Origin: a virus
Taxonomy: Duplodnaviria; Caudoviricetes
DNA: 41,319 bases
Virus record (IMG/VR): IMGVR_UViG_3300016467_000450
Coordinates: 1 to 41,319 of that record
Direction: 5' to 3' (one strand)
The translations under genes and the position numbers were made by a program. A model generated the notes under the pieces. That model was given only the letters and a program-made list of their open reading frames with translations. It searched no databases and was not told where the DNA came from. Shown one piece after another: positions 17,222 through 26,156 of this stretch (its first letter is position 1; each line of letters opens with the position of its first letter).

Positions 17222-18127
17222 TCATTGTTGGAATGGTTTGGTGAACACATCCAGGTTCTTGAGGATGCTTCCGAAGGCCAGGCTGCCGCACAGGTCTGCG
17301 AACTTCTCCTTGTCGAACTTGCCAGCGCGAAGCTCCACATCTTCCTTGTTGGGCTTCTGCACCTTCATGAGTTGCATCATCCGCAGGTTGCGTCCGAAGA
17401 TCGCTCGACCTTCAGGGCTGGCGAGCCGAATGAGCGCCTTCTTGGTTGGTGTGTATTCGCCGCTGTCGCACTTCTTCCAGAAGTTGCGAACGCTGCCGAA
17501 CTCAGCCAAGAAGTCAGGTGCGCCCTTCTCACCGATGCCGCCGACGCCAGAGATACAGTCAGACGAGTCACCCTGGAGACACTTGCCTTCGAGGAAGGCC
17601 AGCGGCGACTTGTAGCCGGTCTTGTCGTACAGGTTGGCCATCGTGATGACCTTGGCTTCGTCGCGGTGGTCGCGCCAGATCACGTTCTTGCGGATCAGTT
17701 GAATCCAGTCGTGGTCGCCCGAGATCAGTTCAATCTCGGTGTCAGGCTTCTCGGAGAGGAGTGGCACGAGGTAGCCGGCCATGTCGTCGGCTTCGTGCGT
17801 CAAGGCCCGCATCTGGCGAATACCGAGGTAGTCCAGAGCGTCTTTGATGTAGGGCGTCTGCTGCGTGTACGCTTCCTTGATAGCGACCTTCTTGGGGTCG
17901 TTGTCGCGGTTGCTCTTGTACTCGGGCAGAAGGTTGAAGCGCCAGCTTGCTTTGCCGTCCCAGAGGACGAGCAGCGAGGCGTCGGGACGGGTCACGCGCA
18001 GTTCGCGGATTGCTTTCACAAAGCCGAAGATGGCTTGCGTCTGCAACTCGCCTGCTGTCAGCTTCGTGGCGTAGTGCGCCGCGTAGCCGAGACTGTTGCC
18101 GTCGATGATGATGGTGGTTTTTGGCAT
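17222..18127 (-). CDS. 5'-3' exonuclease/flap endonuclease
   Basis: IIDGNS, EADD, SGDHD, GDSSD..GV.GIGEKGA. Confidence 0.92.
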   Translation of the reverse strand: MPKTTIIIDGNSLGYAAHYATKLTAGELQTQAIFGFVKAIRELRVTRPDASLLVLWDGKASWRFNLLPEYKSNRDNDPKKVAIKEAYTQQTPYIKDALDYLGIRQMRALTHEADDMAGYLVPLLSEKPDTEIELISGDHDWIQLIRKNVIWRDHRDEAKVITMANLYDKTGYKSPLAFLEGKCLQGDSSDCISGVGGIGEKGAPDFLAEFGSVRNFWKKCDSGEYTPTKKALIRLASPEGRAIFGRNLRMMQLMKVQKPNKEDVELRAGKFDKEKFADLCGSLAFGSILKNLDVFTKPFQQ

Positions 18128-18135
18128 CGTAAGTC

Positions 18136-18173
18136 ATACCCAGACTGGGCATTTGCATGCCCAATCCGGGTAT
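18136..18173 (-). other. 17-bp RNA hairpin with GCAA tetraloop
   Basis: ATACCCGGATTGGGCAT-GCAA-ATGCCCAGTCTGGGTAT with two G-U pairs and no U-tract. Confidence 0.7.
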
Positions 18174-18175
18174 TC

Positions 18176-18189
18176 CGTCACTTATGACT
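18176..18189. promoter_or_regulatory. GTCA-N4-TGAC operator
   Basis: cgtca-ctta-tgact overlapping the SSB stop codon. Confidence 0.6.
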
Positions 18190-18995
18190 TACTCGGCCAG
18201 TTCGCCCAGCAGGTCGTCCAGTTCGGTGTCCAGAGCGACAGACGGCTTGGCGTCTTGCTTCGCGTTGAACGAAGCAGCGGTGCCGGCAGGTGCGTCGTCC
18301 AGGTCAGCGGTCGCCGGACGGTCAGCGCTCTTGGGCGGCGGCAAGAAGCCAGCCACGTTCGAGATTGCCGACAGAGCCTTGCGCTTCTGCTCTTCGCTTT
18401 CCATCTGAACGTACTCGTCCAGGTTGGGCAGCTTCTCGTAGACCGACTTCGGCACAGCTTGCTTCTTGGGGCTGACCTGAACGGCGTACTTGGTGTTCAG
18501 GCCCTTGCCGGTGCGCTCGACGGTCACGATCTGGGCACCTTCGGGGTCGAAGATGGTCGCGGCCCAGTTCTCGACGGCATCCACGAGTTGCGAGAACACG
18601 GTGGTGCGGACTTCGAGAATCTGCGGGGTGTTGGGGTCTTCCGAATCCAGAGCCAGCACGTTCAGGAGGAAGCTGCGGCCAGCCTTCGCCTTCTTGAGCA
18701 GTTCGGTGGTTTCGTCGTCCGAAGAGGCGTGCATCGCACGGTTCAGACTTTCGCAGATCGGGCAGGGTTTGCCGTAGATCGCTTCGTTGCAGGGGTACAC
18801 GGCTTGGATTTCGTCAGCAGCATTCTTGATGTAATGCTGGCCGAAGTCGTGATACCAGACATGCTCCTCGCCCTTGCGCCAGCCAGGAAGAATGATGTAA
18901 CGATTGGTGCCCGGTGCAGGCTTGATCGTCTTGTCTTTCGGCTTGAGGGCGGCCTTCTTGTTCTTCATCAGTTCAAGCAGTTTTGCGGTATCCAT
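18189..18995 (-). CDS. Phage ssDNA-binding protein (gp32-like)
   Basis: H...C....G.PCPICE Zn motif, G.GLNTKY, acidic tail LDDLLGELAE. Confidence 0.8.
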   Translation of the reverse strand: MDTAKLLELMKNKKAALKPKDKTIKPAPGTNRYIILPGWRKGEEHVWYHDFGQHYIKNAADEIQAVYPCNEAIYGKPCPICESLNRAMHASSDDETTELLKKAKAGRSFLLNVLALDSEDPNTPQILEVRTTVFSQLVDAVENWAATIFDPEGAQIVTVERTGKGLNTKYAVQVSPKKQAVPKSVYEKLPNLDEYVQMESEEQKRKALSAISNVAGFLPPPKSADRPATADLDDAPAGTAASFNAKQDAKPSVALDTELDDLLGELAE

Positions 18996-19059
18996 TTTGC
19001 AGTTCCTTTTGAGGTTGGTTTGTTAGTGCCTTTTTGACTTTCGTCGTTTCAGCACGATC

Positions 19060-19079
19060 ATTATACGTCAGGAATGACT
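19060..19079 (-). promoter_or_regulatory. SSB promoter: operator immediately upstream of TATAAT
   Basis: attata at 19060-19065; cgtca-ggaa-tgact at 19066-19079. Confidence 0.65.
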
Positions 19080-19101
19080 GATTTTTCATCCCCGTGCGTA
19101 T

Positions 19102-19941
19102 TTACTGAACGCTGCGCCCCTGTTGGAAAGCGGCAGATGCGCGCTCCTTCAGCGAAGCGGCAGCGTCTTTCTCGGCGAGAACACGGGCAGCGCCCTTGTA
19201 CTCTTCCCGACGGTCAGCGCCCAACTGGATCATCATGTCGCGGCGGTCAGCCAGCGATGCGACCAGCGCCTTGTTGATGTTGGCGATCGTTTCAGCTTCG
19301 ATCACAGTGTTCTTGCCGGCGATCCACTTCGGGTTCAGCTTCACGGCGTTCTCGACGGCCTTCTCAGTCACCTTCTCGCCGGCGGCCGTCAGGTCTTTAC
19401 GAGCCTGGTCGTAAAGGCTGGCTTCCAGCACATCGAATCGAGCCTTCAGACGAGCGTGTTGGGCTTCAGCGTTGGCAGCCTGGGCACCGTAGAACGCCCG
19501 CAGAGCCGACTGCTCGATCATGCAGGTGTCCAGAGTCGCTTCGGTCAGTCGCGTCTCCTTGTTGAACTGCACGGGGTCGATGGAGAACTTCAGCTTCGCC
19601 TGGGCGCTCGTCTTGGGCACGTCTTGGCTGATCTGAATGTCGCCGTCGGTTGCGCTGCTGCCCATGTCGATCTCCGGCTCTTTCGCAGCGACAGGTTCGG
19701 GTTCGGGCCTGTAGTCTTCCATCGGGATGGGCTTGACCGCTCCACCGCCAGGCGCAATCGTCGCGGCAGGCTCGACGACAGGCTCGGGCTTCGGTTCGGG
19801 TTCCGGCTCGGCAACCTTCACGGGTTCGGGCTTCGGTTCGGGGGTCGGCGCAGCAGCAACGATCTTGGCGTTTTCCGCCTCCAGTTCGTCCATCAGCGCT
19901 GCCAGTTCGGCGTCTTCGACAGCAATCTCGGGGTTGGTCAT
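19102..19941 (-). CDS. UvsY-like recombination mediator with Pro/Glu-rich N-terminus
   Basis: Helical C-domain (KVTEKAVENAV, RRDMMIQLGA..R.E); located next to SSB; ATG 19941 with AGGAG SD. Confidence 0.55.
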   Translation of the reverse strand: MTNPEIAVEDAELAALMDELEAENAKIVAAAPTPEPKPEPVKVAEPEPEPKPEPVVEPAATIAPGGGAVKPIPMEDYRPEPEPVAAKEPEIDMGSSATDGDIQISQDVPKTSAQAKLKFSIDPVQFNKETRLTEATLDTCMIEQSALRAFYGAQAANAEAQHARLKARFDVLEASLYDQARKDLTAAGEKVTEKAVENAVKLNPKWIAGKNTVIEAETIANINKALVASLADRRDMMIQLGADRREEYKGAARVLAEKDAAASLKERASAAFQQGRSVQ

Positions 19942-20000
19942 GGTTACTCCTTCATCAAAAACCTGATGACTTGATCTTAGCGTCAAATCCCAGGGGTTAT

Positions 20001-20014
20001 GGTCACTCGTGACT
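20001..20014. promoter_or_regulatory. GTCA-N4-TGAC operator
   Basis: ggtca-ctcg-tgact just downstream of dnaE. Confidence 0.6.
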
Positions 20015-20020
20015 GATTTG

Positions 20021-23000
20021 TCAGGCGAGAATATCGGCGACTTTGCGAAATGCCTCGTTCAGCACTTCTTGCTTGGTCGGGTCGAATCCAATCTGCTGCG
20101 GGTTGATGCCGCAGACGATGGTGGCGTCCAGCTTCGGGTCGTAGAACGACTTGCCGGCAACTTCAGCGGCCCCGCCCTTCAGTCCTGGGAGGAACTTCTT
20201 GATGGTGGCGGAACCGAGCGCGACGATGATCGCAGGCTTGATCAGTTCCAGTTCGCGGTCGATGAACTTGGCGCAGCCGTTGATCTGCTCATTCGCCAAG
20301 AACTTGTCTTGCTTCTTGGCCTTGACCAGCGTCGTGTAGTAGCCGTCAGTCACAGAAAGTCCAGCGTCCTTGATGGCCTGCTTGACGTACAGCGCCGAGT
20401 CACCCTCCAACAGCTTGTCTTTCTTCTCCTCCTGCCAAGTTGGGCAGTCAGTGACAACCATGAAGCGGACGTTCGTCTTGCAACGGATGCTGGGGTGCGC
20501 TTCGCCTGCCAGTGTGCAGCCTTCACACTTCTTGTACTCCTGCACGACCTCGATGATCTTGGTGCGGACGAAGCCGGCGCTCAGGTCGGTCGAACGGTCA
20601 GCCTTCACATCGTCGATGATCAGGCCAGGCAGAAGCTCCATCTGGTCTTTGCGACGACTGAAGTGCTTCGCCGAAGTAGACCCCGCCTCGATCGCAGCGA
20701 ACGCGCCGACTTTCTCCAGGTTCTCGACGACCCTGGCGTTGACCTTCGATCCAGGCTGTGCGGCAGCGGTGGCGAACTCGTGCAGCGAATCGAAGCGACC
20801 CTTGACTGGCGCAGTCTCGTTCTCACCCCACACATCCTCGATCGTGCCGTCGCGCTTCTTCTTCTGCTTGACCACGATAAAGCCGCGATTGGCCTTGCGA
20901 AGCTCGACAATCCGCATCGCCGTGTTCTCGCTGATGCCCTTGACGGCAGAGAACGGCGCGAGGATGGTCTTGTTGTCAGGGATGGTGTACCGATGGCTCG
21001 ACTTGTTGATCTCAGGCGGCATGACTTCGATGCCGCACTCGCGAGCGTCCTTGACAAGCCCTGGCAGCTTCTCTTCGTCCACGATCGACATGCAAGCGGC
21101 AAAGTATTCTGCGGGGTAACGCACACGCACCCACATCGTCCAGTAGCTGATGATGGAGTATTCGACGGCGTGAGAACGGTTGAAACCGTAACCGGCGAAC
21201 GCCTCGATCTTGTCGAAGATGCCGCCCGCAGTGCGCTCGTCCAGCCCAGACTTCTCTTTGCAGCCGTCAACCCACTTCTGGCGCATCTCCGCCATCTTGT
21301 CTTTGTCTTTCTTGCCCATCGCTTTACGCAGATGGTCGGCTTCCGCTCTCGTGAAGCCTGCAAGATCGACGGCGACCTGCATGACTTGTTCCTGGTACAC
21401 GATCACGCCGTTGGTGGAGCGCAGCGCTGGCTCCATGTTGGGGTGGTCGTAGTACGGGGTGCGAACACCTTGCTTGATCGCCACGTAGTCGTCCATCAGA
21501 CCTGAGTCCATCGGGCCTGGGCGGTACAGCGCGGTTGCGGCGGTAATGTCTTCGAAGGTCAACGTGCCACCGACCGCCAAGTCTCGCAGCAGCTTCTTCA
21601 TGCCTGGCGATTCGAACTGGAACACGCCGGTGGTGTCGCCCCGACCAAACGCCTCCATGATGTCAGGCTCTTCCAGCGGAAGGTGCATGTAGCTGATTTC
21701 GACGCCGTGCCTGTCGTTAATGTATTGGCGGGCGATCTCCAGCACATCGAGCGTGGAGAGGCCCAGAATATCCATCTTGACCAGCCCCCAGTCTTCGACG
21801 ACGCGCTTGTCCCAACAGACGGTGGCGGTTGAGTCATCGCCGCGTGTCTCGACGACGGCGCGGTTGATCAGCGGCTCACCCGCAACCACCACACCGGCAG
21901 CGTGGCGACCAAAAGCTCGCATCGCGCCTTCAAGGTTCAAGGCGTGCTTCCAGATTTCCGGATGCTCGTCTTTGAACAGGTCGATCTCGGGCACAGCCTT
22001 CGCTGCTTCGGTCAGCGTGAATGACTGACCGTGTTCTTTGGGCACGAGCTTAGTAGCGGTCAGTTCAATGCCACTCAGACCGTACATGCGACCACTGTCA
22101 CGCAGCGCACTGGCACTCGCAAGCGTCGCGTAGTTCGAGATTCCTGCAACGCGGTCCTTACCGTACTTGTCGGACAGGTACTCGATCACCAGATGGCGCT
22201 TGCTCGACATGAAGTCCAGGTCGGCGTCGGGCAAGTCAAGGCGCTCGGGGTTGATGAAGCGCTCGAACAGGAGGTCGAAGCGAATGGGGTCAACGTCAGT
22301 GATGCCGATCAGGTAAGCGACGAGCGAACCGCCGACAGAACCGCGACCAGGGCCGACGATGATGCCGTTTTTCTTGGCCCACATCACCAAGTCCTCGACC
22401 AGCAAGAAGTAGCCTGCGAAGCCCATCTTCTTCAGAACCGACAGTTCGTAATTCAGTCGTTCCTGATATACCTTCAACTCGGTAGCGCCTGGCTTGTGCC
22501 CAAGCACGGGGTTCTCGAACCGGCGCTTCCAGCCCTCGATGCACTTCTTGCCGAGAGCCACGAACTCGTTGTCTGCCATCTTGGGCAGCGACACCGGCAG
22601 CTTCGAGAACTGATAGCCGCACTCGGCGACAAGCCGCTCGATGTTGGACAGTCCGTTGACCCAGGCTTTCGGGTCACTGACGGCGTTGAATTCTGCGATG
22701 CGTTTGGACGCGCCCTTCACACGCTCGACGATCTTCGTCGGCTCATGGATGTAGAAGTCTGTGACGTACTGCACGTTGCGCCAAGCCGCGTCCATCTTCG
22801 TGTTAGACGTAATACAGTTCAGAACCTCAAGGCTGCTGGCTGCATCGGCGTTTCGGTAGAAGGTCGGATACGTGACGAGCGTGGGCATCGCCAGCTTCTG
22901 CGCCGCGTCAATGGCCTTCGCGTTCAGGGTGTCGAACAGCGGCGTGTCGATCGGCACAAGCTCCGAGTAGACGTTCGCGTTGCCGAAGTGCGCCTGAAGT

Positions 23001-23488
23001 TGCCAGATCAAGTCGTTCGCGTTGGGCAAGTGCCAGATGCTGAACAGGTCGCCAGTGGATAGCGCAACATCTTCAGCGCCAAGTTCCAGAACCTCCTTCA
23101 TCCCTACCCTGGCGTGGTAGTAGAAGTATTCGTTGGAGTAGCCCTTCGAGAGCAGCTTGATCAGGTCGTGGATGCCCTTCTCTGTCTTGACGTAGACCTT
23201 CAAGCCGAACTGAGGGTTGGGCTTCTCTTTTTCGCCCGACGCTTTGGAAGGCTTGCGGTAGGTCGGGTCAGCATAGACGCGCAGCCGACAGCCGATGATG
23301 GGCTTGATGCCTGCCTTCTTGCAGCGATTGGTGAAGTCAACCATGCCATGAAGAGACATGGTGTCCATCAGGGTAAGCGTCTCGTAGCCCTTCTCCTTTG
23401 CGTCGGCGACAAGGTGTTCGATCTGGAGCATCGAGTCGCCGATGCTGAAGTCCGAACGCGCCGCCATCATGTGATTCAAATTCATCAA
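20021..23488 (-). CDS. dnaE: DNA polymerase III alpha (family C) with C-terminal UDG family 4-like domain
   Basis: PHP domain, GPGRGS, FERFINPER..PDADLD, KMDILGL, GVFQFES, YGFNRSH; C-terminal CEGC...ELELIKPAIIVALG. Confidence 0.95.
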   Translation of the reverse strand: MMNLNHMMAARSDFSIGDSMLQIEHLVADAKEKGYETLTLMDTMSLHGMVDFTNRCKKAGIKPIIGCRLRVYADPTYRKPSKASGEKEKPNPQFGLKVYVKTEKGIHDLIKLLSKGYSNEYFYYHARVGMKEVLELGAEDVALSTGDLFSIWHLPNANDLIWQLQAHFGNANVYSELVPIDTPLFDTLNAKAIDAAQKLAMPTLVTYPTFYRNADAASSLEVLNCITSNTKMDAAWRNVQYVTDFYIHEPTKIVERVKGASKRIAEFNAVSDPKAWVNGLSNIERLVAECGYQFSKLPVSLPKMADNEFVALGKKCIEGWKRRFENPVLGHKPGATELKVYQERLNYELSVLKKMGFAGYFLLVEDLVMWAKKNGIIVGPGRGSVGGSLVAYLIGITDVDPIRFDLLFERFINPERLDLPDADLDFMSSKRHLVIEYLSDKYGKDRVAGISNYATLASASALRDSGRMYGLSGIELTATKLVPKEHGQSFTLTEAAKAVPEIDLFKDEHPEIWKHALNLEGAMRAFGRHAAGVVVAGEPLINRAVVETRGDDSTATVCWDKRVVEDWGLVKMDILGLSTLDVLEIARQYINDRHGVEISYMHLPLEEPDIMEAFGRGDTTGVFQFESPGMKKLLRDLAVGGTLTFEDITAATALYRPGPMDSGLMDDYVAIKQGVRTPYYDHPNMEPALRSTNGVIVYQEQVMQVAVDLAGFTRAEADHLRKAMGKKDKDKMAEMRQKWVDGCKEKSGLDERTAGGIFDKIEAFAGYGFNRSHAVEYSIISYWTMWVRVRYPAEYFAACMSIVDEEKLPGLVKDARECGIEVMPPEINKSSHRYTIPDNKTILAPFSAVKGISENTAMRIVELRKANRGFIVVKQKKKRDGTIEDVWGENETAPVKGRFDSLHEFATAAAQPGSKVNARVVENLEKVGAFAAIEAGSTSAKHFSRRKDQMELLPGLIIDDVKADRSTDLSAGFVRTKIIEVVQEYKKCEGCTLAGEAHPSIRCKTNVRFMVVTDCPTWQEEKKDKLLEGDSALYVKQAIKDAGLSVTDGYYTTLVKAKKQDKFLANEQINGCAKFIDRELELIKPAIIVALGSATIKKFLPGLKGGAAEVAGKSFYDPKLDATIVCGINPQQIGFDPTKQEVLNEAFRKVADILA

Positions 23489-23511
23489 CTCTCCTGTAAT
23501 GCTTGCGTTGC

Positions 23512-24189
23512 TTATTGATTGTTGTTCTTAATCGCAGGATTGACAACAAACTTACCTTCACTCTCCACAATCAATCCCAACGCCTTAAATGCCGGCGTGA
23601 CGATCACGAAATGGGAGTTCGCCGTGGTTTCTTTCCACTCCATCTTCGTCATGTAAGCCATCACGAGCGATTGCTTCGTATAGCCGCCTTCGGCGAGCTT
23701 CTGGCAGGCGATGCTGATCCACGTCCACTTATCTTCCGGCAGTGGGTTGCGACCTTCTGCGAGTTCTTGGCGAACCAGACCGATGACGCCCGCTTTCGCC
23801 AGTCGGCGCACGAGAGTGGCGGGGTTCTTGTTCAGGTTGTCGATGACTTGCTGGATGTCATCCTCGATCGTGAACGTGGCAGGTTCAATCCGCGCCTTGC
23901 GAATCACTGGGCTGCTGGGCGGCTTGATGGACGGCAGAAACTTCAGATTGGTCGCCGGCTCTGTGGGTTCGATTGCCTCGACGGTCTTCTTGCGAGCCTG
24001 AGCATGGCGAGCCAACAGATCGGTTACGTCGATGGACTTGCGAAGCTCCTGAAGCGTCTTCAGCGATGCCTCTTCGCATTGCGAGAAAGTCGGGCACATC
24101 CGACAGACTTCAGAATCGCGGCTGAAAATGCTCGGTGCCGCATAGCAAGCAGGAGCGTTAGCCGGCGCATCAGTCTCAAACAGTTCCAT
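23512..24189 (-). CDS. Hypothetical protein with N-terminal Cys cluster and possible C-terminal winged helix
   Basis: C...C..C.....C pattern; 225-aa ORF within the operon. Confidence 0.75.
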   Translation of the reverse strand: MELFETDAPANAPACYAAPSIFSRDSEVCRMCPTFSQCEEASLKTLQELRKSIDVTDLLARHAQARKKTVEAIEPTEPATNLKFLPSIKPPSSPVIRKARIEPATFTIEDDIQQVIDNLNKNPATLVRRLAKAGVIGLVRQELAEGRNPLPEDKWTWISIACQKLAEGGYTKQSLVMAYMTKMEWKETTANSHFVIVTPAFKALGLIVESEGKFVVNPAIKNNNQ

Positions 24190-24198
24190 AGATGCCTT

Positions 24199-24849
24199 TC
24201 AGAAAAACTTCCGCAACTGAGATTGGGAATAGCTCTTGATCTCACGCAGGGCTTCCGCAACCAGCGCCTGATCAACACCCAGCAAGGTCAGAAATTGACC
24301 GATGGAGCGAGGCGTGATCTGTGTGTAGGCCCGACGCTCGACGCCCACACTCTTAGCGAAGGCGCAGTGCGCTTCGATCTTGTTGATTTCGTGGAGGTAC
24401 TGCTTCGGCGGCTCAACCATCCACTCGACGATCTGCATGGCGATAGGCGAAAGCGTCTTCGTCATGTCGATCACGCACTGCTTCGCGCCGACAATCTGCT
24501 CGGGCGTCGTGTCGTCGCCTGGCAGAATCGACTCCAGGTCGATCTCCTCGTCGCCCCGGTTGAAGTTGATCTCCTCGATGGACATCACCCGATGGGTGAG
24601 GCGCTCCTCGATGACCTTCTTCGTCCAGTTGGACAGTCGGTTCTGTGCCGCGATGCAGAAGTAGGTGCTGAACTGGAAGCCTTTTGAAGCGTCGAACCCC
24701 TCGTAAGTCTTCAGGAAGACGACAGACATCTCCTGAAACACATCGTCGTAATCCATCGCCACGCCAGCCTTCTGAAGACGCGCATAGCCCTTCTTCGACA
24801 TGGCGTGGACGAGGCCCACGTTCTGGTTGTAATACTGGGCGACGTTCAT
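24199..24849 (-). CDS. Sigma70-family region-2 protein (phage sigma-like factor)
   Basis: DDVFQE...FLKTYEGFDASKGFQFSTY; start set at ATG 24849. Confidence 0.75.
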   Translation of the reverse strand: MNVAQYYNQNVGLVHAMSKKGYARLQKAGVAMDYDDVFQEMSVVFLKTYEGFDASKGFQFSTYFCIAAQNRLSNWTKKVIEERLTHRVMSIEEINFNRGDEEIDLESILPGDDTTPEQIVGAKQCVIDMTKTLSPIAMQIVEWMVEPPKQYLHEINKIEAHCAFAKSVGVERRAYTQITPRSIGQFLTLLGVDQALVAEALREIKSYSQSQLRKFF

Positions 24850-24853
24850 CGGA

Positions 24854-26047
24854 TCAAGCGCCGAAGATGCGTTGTGCCAGGCCGTCCACAACTTCGCGGT
24901 CAATCTTGGACAGCTTGTTCGTGAACGAGAGTGTGAGGCCCTGGCGGAACGATCCGCGCTTGACGCCGATCTTGGCTGCGTAGATCAGAGTACGAGGCGA
25001 AATCACGTCGCTGATCTTGGCCCCGTCATACGCATCGCGCACCAGTCCGGCGAACTCGACCAGCTTGTCGGCATCCTCTTTGGTCAGACCCACTTGGTTC
25101 TGGAGAATCTTCGACTCGTCCGGCTTCTTCATGTACTGCTTGTGGATCACCATGCCGAAGCGGTCGTAGTTGGCGGAGTTCTGAAGGTTGGTGCCCTGGT
25201 ACAGACCCGTCTCGTCACCGGAGCCGTTGGTGTTGCCAGTCGCGCAGAAACGGAAGTTCGGATGCGGCTTGATCAGTCGGTTCTCCGCGTCCGCTTCCTT
25301 AATCATCAGTGACTTACCTTCAAGCACAGCCTGATAGACCGAGAGAACCGACGGCAGCGCGAAGTCGTATTCGTCCGCGCAGTACATCCAGCCGTTGATC
25401 ATGGCCGTCGGAAGCGGGCCAAGCTCGAAGACAGTCTGACCGCCCTTCACAGTCCACTGACCGACGATGTGCGATTCTTCCGTGTTGACGGTGTGCTGGA
25501 CGCGCACCACCGGACGATTCGTTCGTGCGGCAATCTGCTCGAACAGTTCGGTCTTGCCGGAACCCTTGTGGCCCCAGACATACGTCGGGATGTTCAGTTC
25601 CAGCGCCAGGATGACGTTCTTCAGTTCGTCAATGTCGTAGACGTAGGCGTCAGACGCTTGCGGCACCATGTCCGCATGATCGTGGGCCGCCAGCACCGTG
25701 ATCGGGATGGGTTCGCCCTTCGACGACAGAGCGGCCTTGAGGCGACCCAGGTTGAACACCTCGTTGAAGGCTTTCTTCAGGTTGCCGCCCTTCGGTGCCA
25801 GCGCGGTGACGTTGGCAGGTGCGGTGCCGGCCATATCGACCTTGGTTGCGGCGGGCGCACCGGCAGCTTTCGCAGCTTCGCGCTCCTCCAGCTTGCGCTT
25901 GGCAAGCTCGGACAGAAGCGGCGCGTCGGGGAATTTGGAGGTGTACTCCTCGATGCTGACTTCGGGGTGGTCGTTCTTCAGGTGAAGCTGAATGGCGTGA
26001 GTTTCAGCACCGCAAATGCGGCAAACGATCTTGCTGTCATCGGACAT
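24854..26047 (-). CDS. cobS: CobS-like (MoxR-type) AAA+ ATPase with N-terminal C2H2 finger
   Basis: CRIC...H....H; GHKGSGKT; ADEYD; ATGNT.G.GD..G.Y.G; DRF; ISPR. Confidence 0.88.
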   Translation of the reverse strand: MSDDSKIVCRICGAETHAIQLHLKNDHPEVSIEEYTSKFPDAPLLSELAKRKLEEREAAKAAGAPAATKVDMAGTAPANVTALAPKGGNLKKAFNEVFNLGRLKAALSSKGEPIPITVLAAHDHADMVPQASDAYVYDIDELKNVILALELNIPTYVWGHKGSGKTELFEQIAARTNRPVVRVQHTVNTEESHIVGQWTVKGGQTVFELGPLPTAMINGWMYCADEYDFALPSVLSVYQAVLEGKSLMIKEADAENRLIKPHPNFRFCATGNTNGSGDETGLYQGTNLQNSANYDRFGMVIHKQYMKKPDESKILQNQVGLTKEDADKLVEFAGLVRDAYDGAKISDVISPRTLIYAAKIGVKRGSFRQGLTLSFTNKLSKIDREVVDGLAQRIFGA

Positions 26048-26093
26048 GGTTCTCTCCTTAAAAGCGTCAAAGTGACGTATTGCGAATGTTTGA

Positions 26094-26135
26094 ATGATAG
26101 TGACTTGCCCCAGGATGTGCAAGTCACTTGTGACT
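26094..26135 (-). promoter_or_regulatory. Sigma70 promoter with operator abutting the -35 box
   Basis: TTGCAC (26117-26122), 17 bp, TATCAT (26094-26099); AGTCA-cttg-TGACT at 26122-26135. Confidence 0.75.
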
Positions 26136-26156
26136 TAGCCTTACAAGTCCCCAAGA

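Noticed and set aside
7646-23488. Inteins or introns in RNR, RecA or DnaE
   Set aside because: Reading frames are continuous with normal lengths and no intein termini or homing endonuclease motifs were seen.
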